NCBI GenBank assembly: GCA_044070495.1
Contig: JBIPSI010000013.1
Location: 32,001-96,000 of the forward strand
Source of the DNA: Spirulina sp.
GTDB lineage: Bacteria; Cyanobacteriota; Cyanobacteriia; Phormidesmidales; Phormidesmidaceae
DNA length: 64,000 nucleotides
Direction of reading: 5' to 3'
Both the position numbers and the translations under genes were made by a program. Below, piece by piece: positions 1 through 8,902 of this stretch. The notes below the pieces were generated by a model. It ran no database searches, was not told the origin of the DNA, and saw only the letters and a program-made list of their open reading frames with translations. Position 1 is the first letter of the stretch. Every line of letters begins with the position of its first letter.

Positions 1-544
1 TGTGCTGATGAACCACGGTTGCCCCCACGAGGCTAAGGGCTTCACCTCCGGCATCGACGAAAGCCAAAAGCTCTACGACCGGGTGCGGGATAGGCTGATT
101 CAAAAATACCCCCTGATTTCCGTAGGCTGGCTGAATCACGATACGCCCCTGATTAAATGGACGCAGCCCAACGCCGATCTGGCGGCTCGCAATTTGATCG
201 ACCTGGGGGCCACCGCCCTAGTGTTTATGCCCATCGGCTTTGCCACCGAAAACCACGAAACCCTGCTGGATGTAGAGCACATCATCAGCGGGTTGCGTCG
301 CCGTCGCCCGGATGTCACCTACGTACAAATGCCCTGCGTCAACGACCATCCCGAATTTTTGGCCATGGCCGCCACCTGGGCCGATAAACCCATCGCCGAC
401 CTACTAGAGGCCGAAGCCCTGGCGGTGAACCCCAGCCTTGCCGCCGCGCAAGCCGCCGTTGTCCAAGGTCATCACCATGGGCACGATCATGGGCACCACC
501 ACGATCACGGCCATCACCACGACCACGGGCACCATCACCACTAA
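1..544 (+). CDS. Ferrochelatase-family chelatase (5'-truncated by window) with His-rich C-terminal tail
   Basis: NHGCP (cf. SAHGLP), W-T-Q-P, 'VFMPIGFATENHETLLDVE' (cf. PISFVSDHIETLYEID) and 'PCVNDHPEF' match the HemH C-terminal half. It ends in a (G/D)HHH repeat instead of a CAB domain. Confidence 0.75.
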   Translation, partial: VLMNHGCPHEAKGFTSGIDESQKLYDRVRDRLIQKYPLISVGWLNHDTPLIKWTQPNADLAARNLIDLGATALVFMPIGFATENHETLLDVEHIISGLRRRRPDVTYVQMPCVNDHPEFLAMAATWADKPIADLLEAEALAVNPSLAAAQAAVVQGHHHGHDHGHHHDHGHHHDHGHHHH

Positions 545-614
545 GGTGATTATCGGGGTTTAGGCGATCCCAACGTCGCGGATCACCGATCCTGCGGGAA
601 TTAAGCTACGCCCT

Positions 615-645
615 AAGTCCCTCTCTCATATTGGGAGAGGGACTT
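615..645. repeat. Palindromic intergenic repeat (CCCTCTC...GAGAGGG family), possible terminator
   Basis: aagtccctctctca-tat-tgggagagggactt; a related hairpin lies at ~34605-34627. Confidence 0.6.
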
Positions 646-1056
646 TGAGGGTATAGTTGCTTCTCGTAAGAATGAGACAAGCTAGATGATGAGAACCTCA
701 ATATTAGTAGGCTTTTCAGGGGTTTAAGCTTAGCTGGAATGACTATACTTCAGATCCTCTCTCCATCCTAGGCGATGCGCTTCTCCCTAGGGCTGTAGGC
801 TTAGACTGGAGCAAGACTCACAAATCTTAACTACTCAATAGCCCCGGAGTTGGGTAACTGAGTGTGCCGAAATTTTGGCCATGGAGTAAGCTTAACGGCA
901 AATGCGCTAGCTATCCTCTGATCCATGAAAGCACCTCAGGTGAATGGCCTTAGTGGGGCCTTGGCTGCCGGTAAGGCGGTGTCTGGGGGAATCAATCGGA
1001 GATGGTTGGCAATAGCCTTGGGATACTGGGATAGTTCAACGGTGAGGAGAAAACAC

Positions 1057-1596
1057 ATGAACAGCGTACAGCGTTGGATGGGGCGGGCAGCATGCGCCTC
1101 GCTGCTGGCCACGGCGGTGGTAGGGAGTGGGTTTGTTCTGCGCCCAGAGGCGGCCCAAGCCCAAGTGGCCTACGGTAGCTACGTGGGTCTAGGGGCTGGC
1201 TTCGGCCTCACCAGCGATGCCGCCACCAGTCGGGGGACTGGGGTACAGGGCGTGATCGCCGGACGCTATCGTTTTTTGACCATGCCCGTATCGGCCCGTG
1301 CCCAGGCCTTTGTGTTTGGCGATGGGTTCGCCGTAGTGCCCACTATTTCCTACGATTTCCCTCTCAGTTGGAACGCCGACGCCTACATTGGGGCTGGGGT
1401 TTCTATTCCCAGCGGCGGCGACGACCCCAGCCTTGTGGGCAACAAAACCGCCTTTGTGTTGCAGCCAGGGATTGACTACATGTTCCCCAATAGCAACCTA
1501 GTGGCCTTTGGCAACGCCATTTTCGCCTTCGATGCCTACCGCGATGGCGGCAATACGGCTATTTCCGTCCAGGGCGGCGTGGGGATTCAGTTTTAG
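1057..1596 (+). CDS. Small outer-membrane beta-barrel protein (hypothetical)
   Basis: GAGGAG RBS before ATG 1057; signal peptide ending AQAQ; alternating beta-strands; C-terminal GVGIQF. Confidence 0.7.
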   Translation: MNSVQRWMGRAACASLLATAVVGSGFVLRPEAAQAQVAYGSYVGLGAGFGLTSDAATSRGTGVQGVIAGRYRFLTMPVSARAQAFVFGDGFAVVPTISYDFPLSWNADAYIGAGVSIPSGGDDPSLVGNKTAFVLQPGIDYMFPNSNLVAFGNAIFAFDAYRDGGNTAISVQGGVGIQF

Positions 1597-1709
1597 GTCG
1601 GTCTAGGCGGGGGCCGTTTCCACTTCCCCACCGGAGACACCCCCCCGCCGGAGAAACCCATTAGACTAATTGCTATGGTATTGCCCCAGGCGAGGGCGAG
1701 GGTTAAACT

Positions 1710-2573
1710 GTGCCGTCAGTTATTGGGATTCTCTCGTTTATTATCATCGGCTACTTAATTAGCTCGGTGCGAATCATCAACCAGGGCGAAGAGGCACTGG
1801 TGGAACGCCTTGGCCGCTACCACCGCAAGCTGAAGCCCGGTTTGAATTTCATTGTGCCAACCCTAGACTACATTCGACTGAAGGACAGTGTGCGAGAACG
1901 CATCCTCGACGTGGCCAAACAGGGGGCGATCACCAAGGACAACGTATCCCTAGAGGTGGATGCGGTGGTCTATTGGCGCATCCTGGAGCTAGAACTCACC
2001 TACTACGCCATCGAAGATGTAGAAAAGGCGATTCAGGAATTGGTGATCACCACCCTGCGCTCGGAAATCGGGAAAATGGAGTTTGAAAACACCTTTTCCT
2101 CCCGCGACGAACTGAACCGGGCGCTGCTGTCTCAACTGGACGAAGCCACCGAACCCTGGGGCGTAAAGGTGACGCGGGTGGAGGTGCAGGAAATTGTGCC
2201 CCCCGAAGAAGTACGCCGCTCCATGCAGAAGCAGCAAGCCGCCGAACTAGAACGACGGGCCACCGTGCTCAAAGCCCAGGGGGATCAAGAGGCCGCCATC
2301 AAACGGGCCGAGGCCACCGTGCGATCCATCCAAATGCTCTCCGATGCCCTACAACAGCGAGAAAACGGCCCCAGTATCCTGCAATTCCTAATCGCCCAAG
2401 ATTACGTCGAAGCCAACCAAAAGCTCGGAGCCAGCGAGAATTCCAAAGTCGTCTTCATGGATCCCAAAAACCTCACCGAAGGCCTCGCCCGCCTAATCGA
2501 ACCCGATGTCCCCAACAAACCCAAGGCCGACGACGACGATTTCCCCAGCCGCCGCCATCGCGCTGGCTCCTAA
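1710..2573 (+). CDS. SPFH/band 7 (stomatin-like) membrane protein
   Basis: N-terminal TM; ERLGRYHRKLKPGL, ITKDNVSLEVDAVVYWRI, WGVKVTRVE motifs. Confidence 0.92.
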   Translation: MPSVIGILSFIIIGYLISSVRIINQGEEALVERLGRYHRKLKPGLNFIVPTLDYIRLKDSVRERILDVAKQGAITKDNVSLEVDAVVYWRILELELTYYAIEDVEKAIQELVITTLRSEIGKMEFENTFSSRDELNRALLSQLDEATEPWGVKVTRVEVQEIVPPEEVRRSMQKQQAAELERRATVLKAQGDQEAAIKRAEATVRSIQMLSDALQQRENGPSILQFLIAQDYVEANQKLGASENSKVVFMDPKNLTEGLARLIEPDVPNKPKADDDDFPSRRHRAGS

Positions 2574-2664
2574 AAGATTGGGTCTAGGAGCCGCTTAGCT
2601 TGCTCAGAAATCCTAGAGATTGCCCACGGATCGGCCTCATCGTGCCCACGATTGAGCGTTTTGC

Positions 2665-3165
2665 TTAAGGAATCTCAGCCGCTAAGGCCCTGAGCCAGTC
2701 TACAAAAGCCCTGACATCCTTTTGCACATTAGACCAAACCTCAGGATAGCTTTCGACTAAGACGGCGACTCGATTGGGGTCAAGTTCAAATCCGTACAAG
2801 TTCCTGACAATGTGCCGAAACCCCAAGAATTCCCGCAAACTCGCAGCAGTTTCTCGCGTTAGGATGGCGGGTCTGCCGTCCCGCTCTTGGCTCATGCGAT
2901 CCAAAAGTCGTTTATGCCCATCGGATCCCGAAGGTAGCCCCCCATTTAGCTCGACAGCCACCAGTTGTAAAATCTTCTCGCAGCCTGTGTAGAAATTATG
3001 GAGCTTAAGGGCCAGATTTTCGTAAAACAAGTCTTGCCTGGATGAATCCCCCGCAATTTCACCCTGTACCCGGTAGATTTCTTGCTCTAACTGGCTTAAA
3101 CGGGTTAAATCCATTTCAATGTCGGCGGCAAGTTCGCCCACCGCATCGGCACTAATCACTTTCAT
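2665..3165 (-). CDS. HEPN/HepT-like RNase toxin of an MNT-HEPN pair
   Basis: LHNFYTGCEKI and FRHIVRNLY motifs; overlaps the 3' end of the MNT gene. Confidence 0.8.
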   Translation of the reverse strand: MKVISADAVGELAADIEMDLTRLSQLEQEIYRVQGEIAGDSSRQDLFYENLALKLHNFYTGCEKILQLVAVELNGGLPSGSDGHKRLLDRMSQERDGRPAILTRETAASLREFLGFRHIVRNLYGFELDPNRVAVLVESYPEVWSNVQKDVRAFVDWLRALAAEIP

Positions 3166-3565
3166 CTACCTCTACTCCTGTTGCCAAAACGCGATCTCGA
3201 AAATGGGGGGTGAGCGCGTCTAGGGGCTTGAGATCAACCCAACGTTGGCTAAAGTCATTAGCCCTGGCAACCGCCTCAAAATATCGTTCAGGGGGGATGT
3301 GCTCTGCGGCTAAGTCAATGTCAGAATCGGGCGTAAAACGACCTCGGACGAGCGATCCAAACACTAAAATGCGCTGTGCACCAAACTCCTGACGCAAACA
3401 TTGGGCCATCTGCCGCACCTCCCGCCACGCCTGATCCATCGCTTGGGTTTGTTGCTCGGCTTGGTTTGCCGTGCGTTGCCGCCAGTAGTCGATATATTTA
3501 GGATCAACCTTCACTGACCGGGACGAATTGGGCGGGGATACATCTGGCTGAGGTAAATCCATCAT
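3152..3565 (-). CDS. Minimal nucleotidyltransferase (MntA-like antitoxin)
   Basis: FGSLVRGRFTPDSDIDL = GSX10DXD motif; ATG 3565 preceded by GGAGGT. Confidence 0.85.
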   Translation of the reverse strand: MMDLPQPDVSPPNSSRSVKVDPKYIDYWRQRTANQAEQQTQAMDQAWREVRQMAQCLRQEFGAQRILVFGSLVRGRFTPDSDIDLAAEHIPPERYFEAVARANDFSQRWVDLKPLDALTPHFRDRVLATGVEVDESD

Positions 3566-3587
3566 CCGCACCTCCCTTACAAGCTTT

Positions 3588-3617
3588 GTTCTAAGGTTAC
3601 AAGTTCTAAGGTTACAA
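3588..3617. repeat. Perfect 15-bp tandem duplication upstream of MNT-HEPN
   Basis: gttctaaggttacaa x2. Confidence 0.9.
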
Positions 3618-3642
3618 ACTGGTGTGCCATGGTCGTGGATAT

Positions 3643-4224
3643 TCAGGGTTCCTGACGGTTCGCGGGCCGCAAAAAATCCCCCACAGCCAGGGCGCAATCG
3701 GGAAACGCCAGGGGAATGATCGTGTCTTGGTCGTAGAGCTTCTGCTCTATACCGTAGCCCTCGGCCCCTGGTTGCCGAAACAGGTAAAGACAGCGATCCT
3801 GCACATCCAAAATCCAGTATTCGGCAATACCCGAACGTCCGTATAACGGCACCTTGAGGTCACGGTCTCGTCGCAGAGTGCTATCGGCCACCTCAATCAG
3901 CCAAAAGATTTCTGCGGGGGTAGGGTGGTGATCTTCGTAGTCCAGCGGGTCGATGCGTACCACGGCTACATCGGGTTCGGGTTCAGAAAAATCGCTGAGC
4001 TGCACCAGATCTTGAAATCGCAGCAAGGCCCGACCCCTCAGCCGTTGCGACAGGACTCGATCCAACCGCGTTACGGCGGCACTGTGGGCCGTTCCCTTAG
4101 CTAACCTGGTATAAAGTTGTCCTTCGATCAGTTCTACCCGCTCATCCGCCGCCAAAATTCCCGCCTCTGCCATGCGGTGATAGTCCTGTACATTCAGCGC
4201 TCGTAGATCGGTGGCCGCTGTCAT
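3643..4224 (-). CDS. Uma2-family (DUF820) endonuclease-fold protein
   Basis: ERVELIEG, SEPEPD, LIEVADST, K..LY...GIAEYWI. Confidence 0.9.
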   Translation of the reverse strand: MTAATDLRALNVQDYHRMAEAGILAADERVELIEGQLYTRLAKGTAHSAAVTRLDRVLSQRLRGRALLRFQDLVQLSDFSEPEPDVAVVRIDPLDYEDHHPTPAEIFWLIEVADSTLRRDRDLKVPLYGRSGIAEYWILDVQDRCLYLFRQPGAEGYGIEQKLYDQDTIIPLAFPDCALAVGDFLRPANRQEP

Positions 4225-4341
4225 GGAGATAAGGGGGTATAGGGCTGCTTCCTAATTATGAACGATGCTGATGCAGGGGAATCGCCCAGGACACTCCAAC
4301 CTCTCGCTATCATAGAAGACCATCTCTTTCTTCTTCCTGTC

Positions 4342-5490
4342 ATGGCCGCTTCTTCCCTACCAACCGCCACTTCCCTAACCCCAACCGTCAGCGGGGAGAA
4401 TCCTGAGGCTGTCCAGCAGGCGGAATCAGCGGTTACAGAGAATGCGGAGCGTTCAACCATGTCAGGAACTCAGGTCAGCCAACCCCTTCTTGGCCAATCC
4501 CTGGAAGCGCTGACGGCTTGGATGGTGGCCCAAGGGCAACCCGCCTATCGGGGTAAGCAGTTGCACCAGTGGCTCTATCAGCAGGGGGCGCGGTCGCTGC
4601 AAGATATCACCGTTTTTCCCAAGGCGTGGCGGCAGCAGGTGGAAGGGGTTTCGGTGGGTCGCTCGGAAATCTACCACCGCACCGAGGCCAGGGATGGCAC
4701 CGTCAAGTATCTGCTGAAGCTGGCCGATGGGCAGATTATCGAAGCGGTAGGGATGCCCTCGGCCAAGCGGCTGACGGTGTGTGTGTCGTCTCAGGTGGGG
4801 TGCCCCATGGCCTGCGACTTTTGCGCCACGGGCAAGGGCGGCTTTTTGCGCAACCTGGCCACCCACGAAATCGTCGATCAGGTGCTAACCGTACAGGAAG
4901 ACTTTGGCCAGCGGGTCAGCAACATCGTCTTTATGGGCATGGGCGAACCGCTGCTGAACACTGACAACGTGGTTGCCGCCATCCGCTGCCTGAATCAGGA
5001 TGTGGGCATCAGCCAGCGATCCATGACCCTCTCCACCGTGGGCATTCCAGGCCGCATTCGCAAACTGGCGGACGAGCAACTTCAGGTCACCCTGGCGGTC
5101 AGCCTCCACGCCTCCAACCAAGCCCAGCGCAAAGACCTCATCCCCAGCGCCAAGGCCTATCCCCTGACGGAACTGCTGGAGGAATGCCGCGACTATGTCA
5201 AACTGACTGGGCGGCGCGTCACCTTTGAGTACATTCTGCTGGCGGGCTTAAATGATCAGCCCAAAAACGCCGTGGAACTGGCCCAACATCTGCGCGGCTT
5301 CCAAAGCCACGTCAACCTCATCCCCTACAACCCCATCAACGAGGTGGACTACCAGCGCCCCACCGAAGCCAGCATCCGCGAGTTTGTGGCCCAGCTCGAA
5401 TCTCGCCACATTGCCGTCAGTGTCCGCTATTCCAGAGGGCTAGAGGAAAACGCCGCCTGCGGCCAACTTCGCGCCTCTAAGGTGGCCTAG
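4342..5490 (+). CDS. rlmN: Dual-specificity RNA methyltransferase RlmN (start uncertain: 4342 or 4459)
   Basis: [42 protein letters not shown]. Confidence 0.96.
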   Translation: MAASSLPTATSLTPTVSGENPEAVQQAESAVTENAERSTMSGTQVSQPLLGQSLEALTAWMVAQGQPAYRGKQLHQWLYQQGARSLQDITVFPKAWRQQVEGVSVGRSEIYHRTEARDGTVKYLLKLADGQIIEAVGMPSAKRLTVCVSSQVGCPMACDFCATGKGGFLRNLATHEIVDQVLTVQEDFGQRVSNIVFMGMGEPLLNTDNVVAAIRCLNQDVGISQRSMTLSTVGIPGRIRKLADEQLQVTLAVSLHASNQAQRKDLIPSAKAYPLTELLEECRDYVKLTGRRVTFEYILLAGLNDQPKNAVELAQHLRGFQSHVNLIPYNPINEVDYQRPTEASIREFVAQLESRHIAVSVRYSRGLEENAACGQLRASKVA

Positions 5491-5549
5491 GGAATGAGTT
5501 TCTTGTGGAAGTTGATCTACACAGAAGGGCGGTCAGAGTAAGTTTTTAC

Positions 5550-5681
5550 CCTGCTGGACGGACAAAACTTGCTAGAACTCAACTCCATCGAAGGGTCAGG
5601 AAACCTGACCCCCACCTTATTCCAACGCTGTAGGGGCGCGGTTTCCGCGCCCAATGCAGAATCTTTTGTCAGTCAACCAGG
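5550..5681. mobile_element. MITE-like element with imperfect 18-bp terminal inverted repeats and two internal REP-like palindromes
   Basis: cctgctggacggacaaaa ... ttttgtcagtcaaccagg (15/18 match); internal gggtcaggaaacctgaccc and gtaggggcgcggtttccgcgccc. Confidence 0.55.
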
Positions 5682-5781
5682 TTGTTACCATTGGGTGGGC
5701 CACAACTCGACCATAGTCTAAGGGCAATTCCGCACAATTCCCAGACAATAGAATGGCCCTCTCCATCCCCGGAGGTTTACT

Positions 5782-8235
5782 ATGGCGCGCCATCGTTCAT
5801 CCATTCGCAAAAAAGACGATTTCGCTGCATCCCCTAAACCCTCTTCCGACCCATTCCAACCTCGTCCCTTTGCGGATCCAGCGGTGGATGAGATTACCCA
5901 CTCCCCAGCCAATAGCGCCCCTCCAATTCTCGATAAACTCGTAACACCGCCGCCTCGGTCTGTCCCCATCCAGCCCAAACTCACCATCGGCGCACCGGGC
6001 GATAGGTATGAACAAGAGGCGGATCGCTTGGCTAGCCAAGTGGTGCAGCAAATTCATGGGCCACAAACCAACCATTCCGTTCAGCGAGAAGCGATTGAAG
6101 ACGAAGAACTGCAAATGAAACCCAATTTCCTGCAAAGGGAATCCATCGAAGACGACGAGGAACTGCAAATGCGCCCCGCCACGGAAGCTGTTGAGGGTGG
6201 ACCAGCCTCCAAAGATTTAGAATCCGCCATTCACCAAGCCAGGGGCAGCGGCCAAGCCCTAGACCCCAACCTACAACGGCAAATGGGCCAAGCCCTAGGA
6301 GCCGATTTCAGCGGCATTACCATTCACACCGATAGTCAATCCGACCAGCTCAATCGCTCCATTCAAGCCAAGGCGTTTACTACTGGGCAGGATATTTTCT
6401 TCCGCCAAGGAGCCTATCAGCCGAGTAGCCAGAATGGGCAAGAACTCATTGCCCATGAGTTAACCCATGTGGTGCAGCAGGGCAAAGAAACGACGTTGCG
6501 CCGCTCACCCAACGCTGTCCAGCGAGATATGGATGAGGACTTACGTAAAGCTATCCTGTCGCGACGAGGATTAGCGACCGGACAAGACAGTGAAACAACT
6601 CGCCGAGAACAAGCCCAAGAACGTCATACTGCCATGACGACTAGCAACGAACGGCAGCAGCAATCTGGAGAATTGCACAGTTTTTTGAAGAGTAACCTGC
6701 GGAAACGTCGGGGTATGGTTACGGGCCAAAGTAGTGAAGAGGTCAGTCAAGAATTTGGCCTAGAAGACTTTACTACCTCTGCCGGGAAACGAGCCACTGA
6801 GGAGGCCCAAGGGGTGAGTGGTGATCCGATGATGGATCGGATAGCCCTACAGGAAAAAATTGCAACTCGCGGTGCATTAGGTAGTCAAGGTTTGGCTACT
6901 TTAATGAATCAGAATCGGCAGCGAGAAGTGGATAAAGCTTCATCTTTTAAGGACTTGTCAGACACCCATAACGAACAACTCGATAGCCATCGTCAAGGAC
7001 GGCAAGCTATTGATAAAGCTGTTTGGGACTATGGTGAACCAGCTCGACTCAAAGCGGTTATTGAGCATGAATCGAAAGCCCAACAGGCTAATTTTTCAGC
7101 CATGCTTAAGGATGCCTTATCCCTAGCTAATAACGCAAAACTAGCTGCCAGTTGGGATACAACAGAATTAGAGAAACTTAGCCAAACGGCCCAAGACTCG
7201 TTTAATGCCATTGCTGCACCGCTGGCTGATACCATCGATGCCATCGCTCCCCGTGTTCAAATAGCGCAGACTGCCATTGTAGCCGTCAACCTCAGGGCTA
7301 ATCAGGATCTTGATTGGATGAACCAACTCCAGCCTCGTACTGAGGCCGATATTATATCCGGTGTTGAAAGATTTAAGCAGGGTGATACTACAATCATCAA
7401 TACTAATATGTCGCAGGCTTGGGCATCCATTCTCTCGAACGGTGGGCAATCAACTCGCGACACCACTCTTCTTGATGAAAAATTTAAGGAGCTAGCCAAA
7501 GAAATTGATCGAAAGACACCAATAGATGAGAATAGTATCAAACAAAGCTTGACTGGAAATCCTAGTCAAAAAAATACTGCTCTCGATTTACTAAAACAGA
7601 AAATCACTAGCAACAAAAAAAGTACCATCAGCAAAATTATCGCTTCTGAATCTAATGCTAAAACTCTAACTGGATATGCTAATCAACTGGATGAATTGGA
7701 CGGCTTTAATGTTGTTTTGGAGAATACGACTGATCGAGGTAAGTTGGCTCAAATTCTTCAAAAGTCTAAGCGTAATTTGCCTGCCCTGCTTCGCATATAT
7801 AAAGCCTATAATAATGATGCCAACAAGGTTCATTTTCTACTCTGTGGTAATGGTGGCCAGGAGATTATTAATTTAGAGGACTGGCTGAAGAAGAATGGTA
7901 AGGTGTGGACAGGAGACACGACAAATCCCCCAGCCTTTCAGCCTACGGGTACAACGAGAGATCAGATTGAAAATGTGGCTGTTCCTAAGACTGGTTCTTC
8001 CTCTCCTGCGGCGGGGGGCTATGCAGGTAATCGTGCCTATGGAACAAATACCCAACCTCCCGATATGCTGCTCCCTCAACAGACAACGACTAAACAGGCG
8101 ATTACCTACACAGAATATGACATTAAGCCCTACCACCCAGGACAAAACCGTGGCGGAGAACGCTTTGTGAAAGGGAGTGATGGTCGCTATTACTACACTA
8201 GCGATCACTACAAGACGTTTAAGCAATTTACTTAG
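5782..8235 (+). CDS. DUF4157 (eCIS core domain) protein with C-terminal barnase/RNase Sa-type ribonuclease toxin domain
   Basis: QPKLTIGAPGDRYEQEAD; GADFSGITIHTD...AKAFTTGQDIFF...LIAHELTHVVQQ; C-terminal YTEYD...RGGERFV...YYTSDHYKTF; GGAGG RBS. Confidence 0.88.
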   Translation: MARHRSSIRKKDDFAASPKPSSDPFQPRPFADPAVDEITHSPANSAPPILDKLVTPPPRSVPIQPKLTIGAPGDRYEQEADRLASQVVQQIHGPQTNHSVQREAIEDEELQMKPNFLQRESIEDDEELQMRPATEAVEGGPASKDLESAIHQARGSGQALDPNLQRQMGQALGADFSGITIHTDSQSDQLNRSIQAKAFTTGQDIFFRQGAYQPSSQNGQELIAHELTHVVQQGKETTLRRSPNAVQRDMDEDLRKAILSRRGLATGQDSETTRREQAQERHTAMTTSNERQQQSGELHSFLKSNLRKRRGMVTGQSSEEVSQEFGLEDFTTSAGKRATEEAQGVSGDPMMDRIALQEKIATRGALGSQGLATLMNQNRQREVDKASSFKDLSDTHNEQLDSHRQGRQAIDKAVWDYGEPARLKAVIEHESKAQQANFSAMLKDALSLANNAKLAASWDTTELEKLSQTAQDSFNAIAAPLADTIDAIAPRVQIAQTAIVAVNLRANQDLDWMNQLQPRTEADIISGVERFKQGDTTIINTNMSQAWASILSNGGQSTRDTTLLDEKFKELAKEIDRKTPIDENSIKQSLTGNPSQKNTALDLLKQKITSNKKSTISKIIASESNAKTLTGYANQLDELDGFNVVLENTTDRGKLAQILQKSKRNLPALLRIYKAYNNDANKVHFLLCGNGGQEIINLEDWLKKNGKVWTGDTTNPPAFQPTGTTRDQIENVAVPKTGSSSPAAGGYAGNRAYGTNTQPPDMLLPQQTTTKQAITYTEYDIKPYHPGQNRGGERFVKGSDGRYYYTSDHYKTFKQFT

Positions 8236-8265
8236 TACCAACCTTCGTTCAATGGTTCATAGACT

Positions 8266-8754
8266 ATGGCTAGCCCCCTATCGCTGACTCACCCTGAAAT
8301 ATTCTATGTTCTAGCTGAAGACGAGTCGGACTTTGCTACTCGCTATATGACCCTTCAGGCTGACTATCCTAATGCCCGTATCGTTCGAGTGCGCGGGAGC
8401 AAAATGCGCTCTCTTTCAGCCCTATTCGATGAGATTTCCGCAGCTTTTCAATTTCCCTACTACTTTGGCGAAAATTGGGTCGCCCTCTACGATTGTTTGA
8501 CCGATTTAGACTGGGCCAAGGCTCAGGACTATCTCCTGCTAGTTAGCGACGCTCACCTTGTTTTAGGCGATGAGCCTACCACCATGCTGAAGAAATTTTT
8601 AGACCTCCTCGTTGAAGTACATCGGGCCTGGAGTAGCACATCAGACCAGGGCGAGACAACTTCTTTTCGGATGATTTTTCAAACTTCTCCCGATTCAGAA
8701 GCTATCTGGTGGGAAAAACTCTACCTTGCTGGTTATGCCCATCCACCGACTTAG
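8266..8754 (+). CDS. Barstar-family RNase inhibitor (immunity protein)
   Basis: LFDEISAAFQFPYYFGENWVALYDCLTDLDW barstar signature; 30 bp downstream of the RNase gene. Confidence 0.88.
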   Translation: MASPLSLTHPEIFYVLAEDESDFATRYMTLQADYPNARIVRVRGSKMRSLSALFDEISAAFQFPYYFGENWVALYDCLTDLDWAKAQDYLLLVSDAHLVLGDEPTTMLKKFLDLLVEVHRAWSSTSDQGETTSFRMIFQTSPDSEAIWWEKLYLAGYAHPPT

Positions 8755-8884
8755 AGGGCGTTTGAAAAGGGTTGCCTCAGGTGCGATTGGTCGCTAGATC
8801 GGCGCAAATCTACGGGATTTTTGACGACTGAGGCTGACCTCATCGGTATAACTTGGGACAAGCTTCGGCTTTTCAAACGTCCTC
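8754..8884. mobile_element. 131-bp MITE, copy 1 (IS5-like ends, 3-bp TTA target duplication)
   Basis: TTA|GAGGGCGTTTGAAAAG...CTTTTCAAACGTCCTC|TTA; near-identical copy at 37107-37237. Confidence 0.9.
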
Positions 8885-8902
8885 TTATTCCCTAGCTCAG
8901 AT

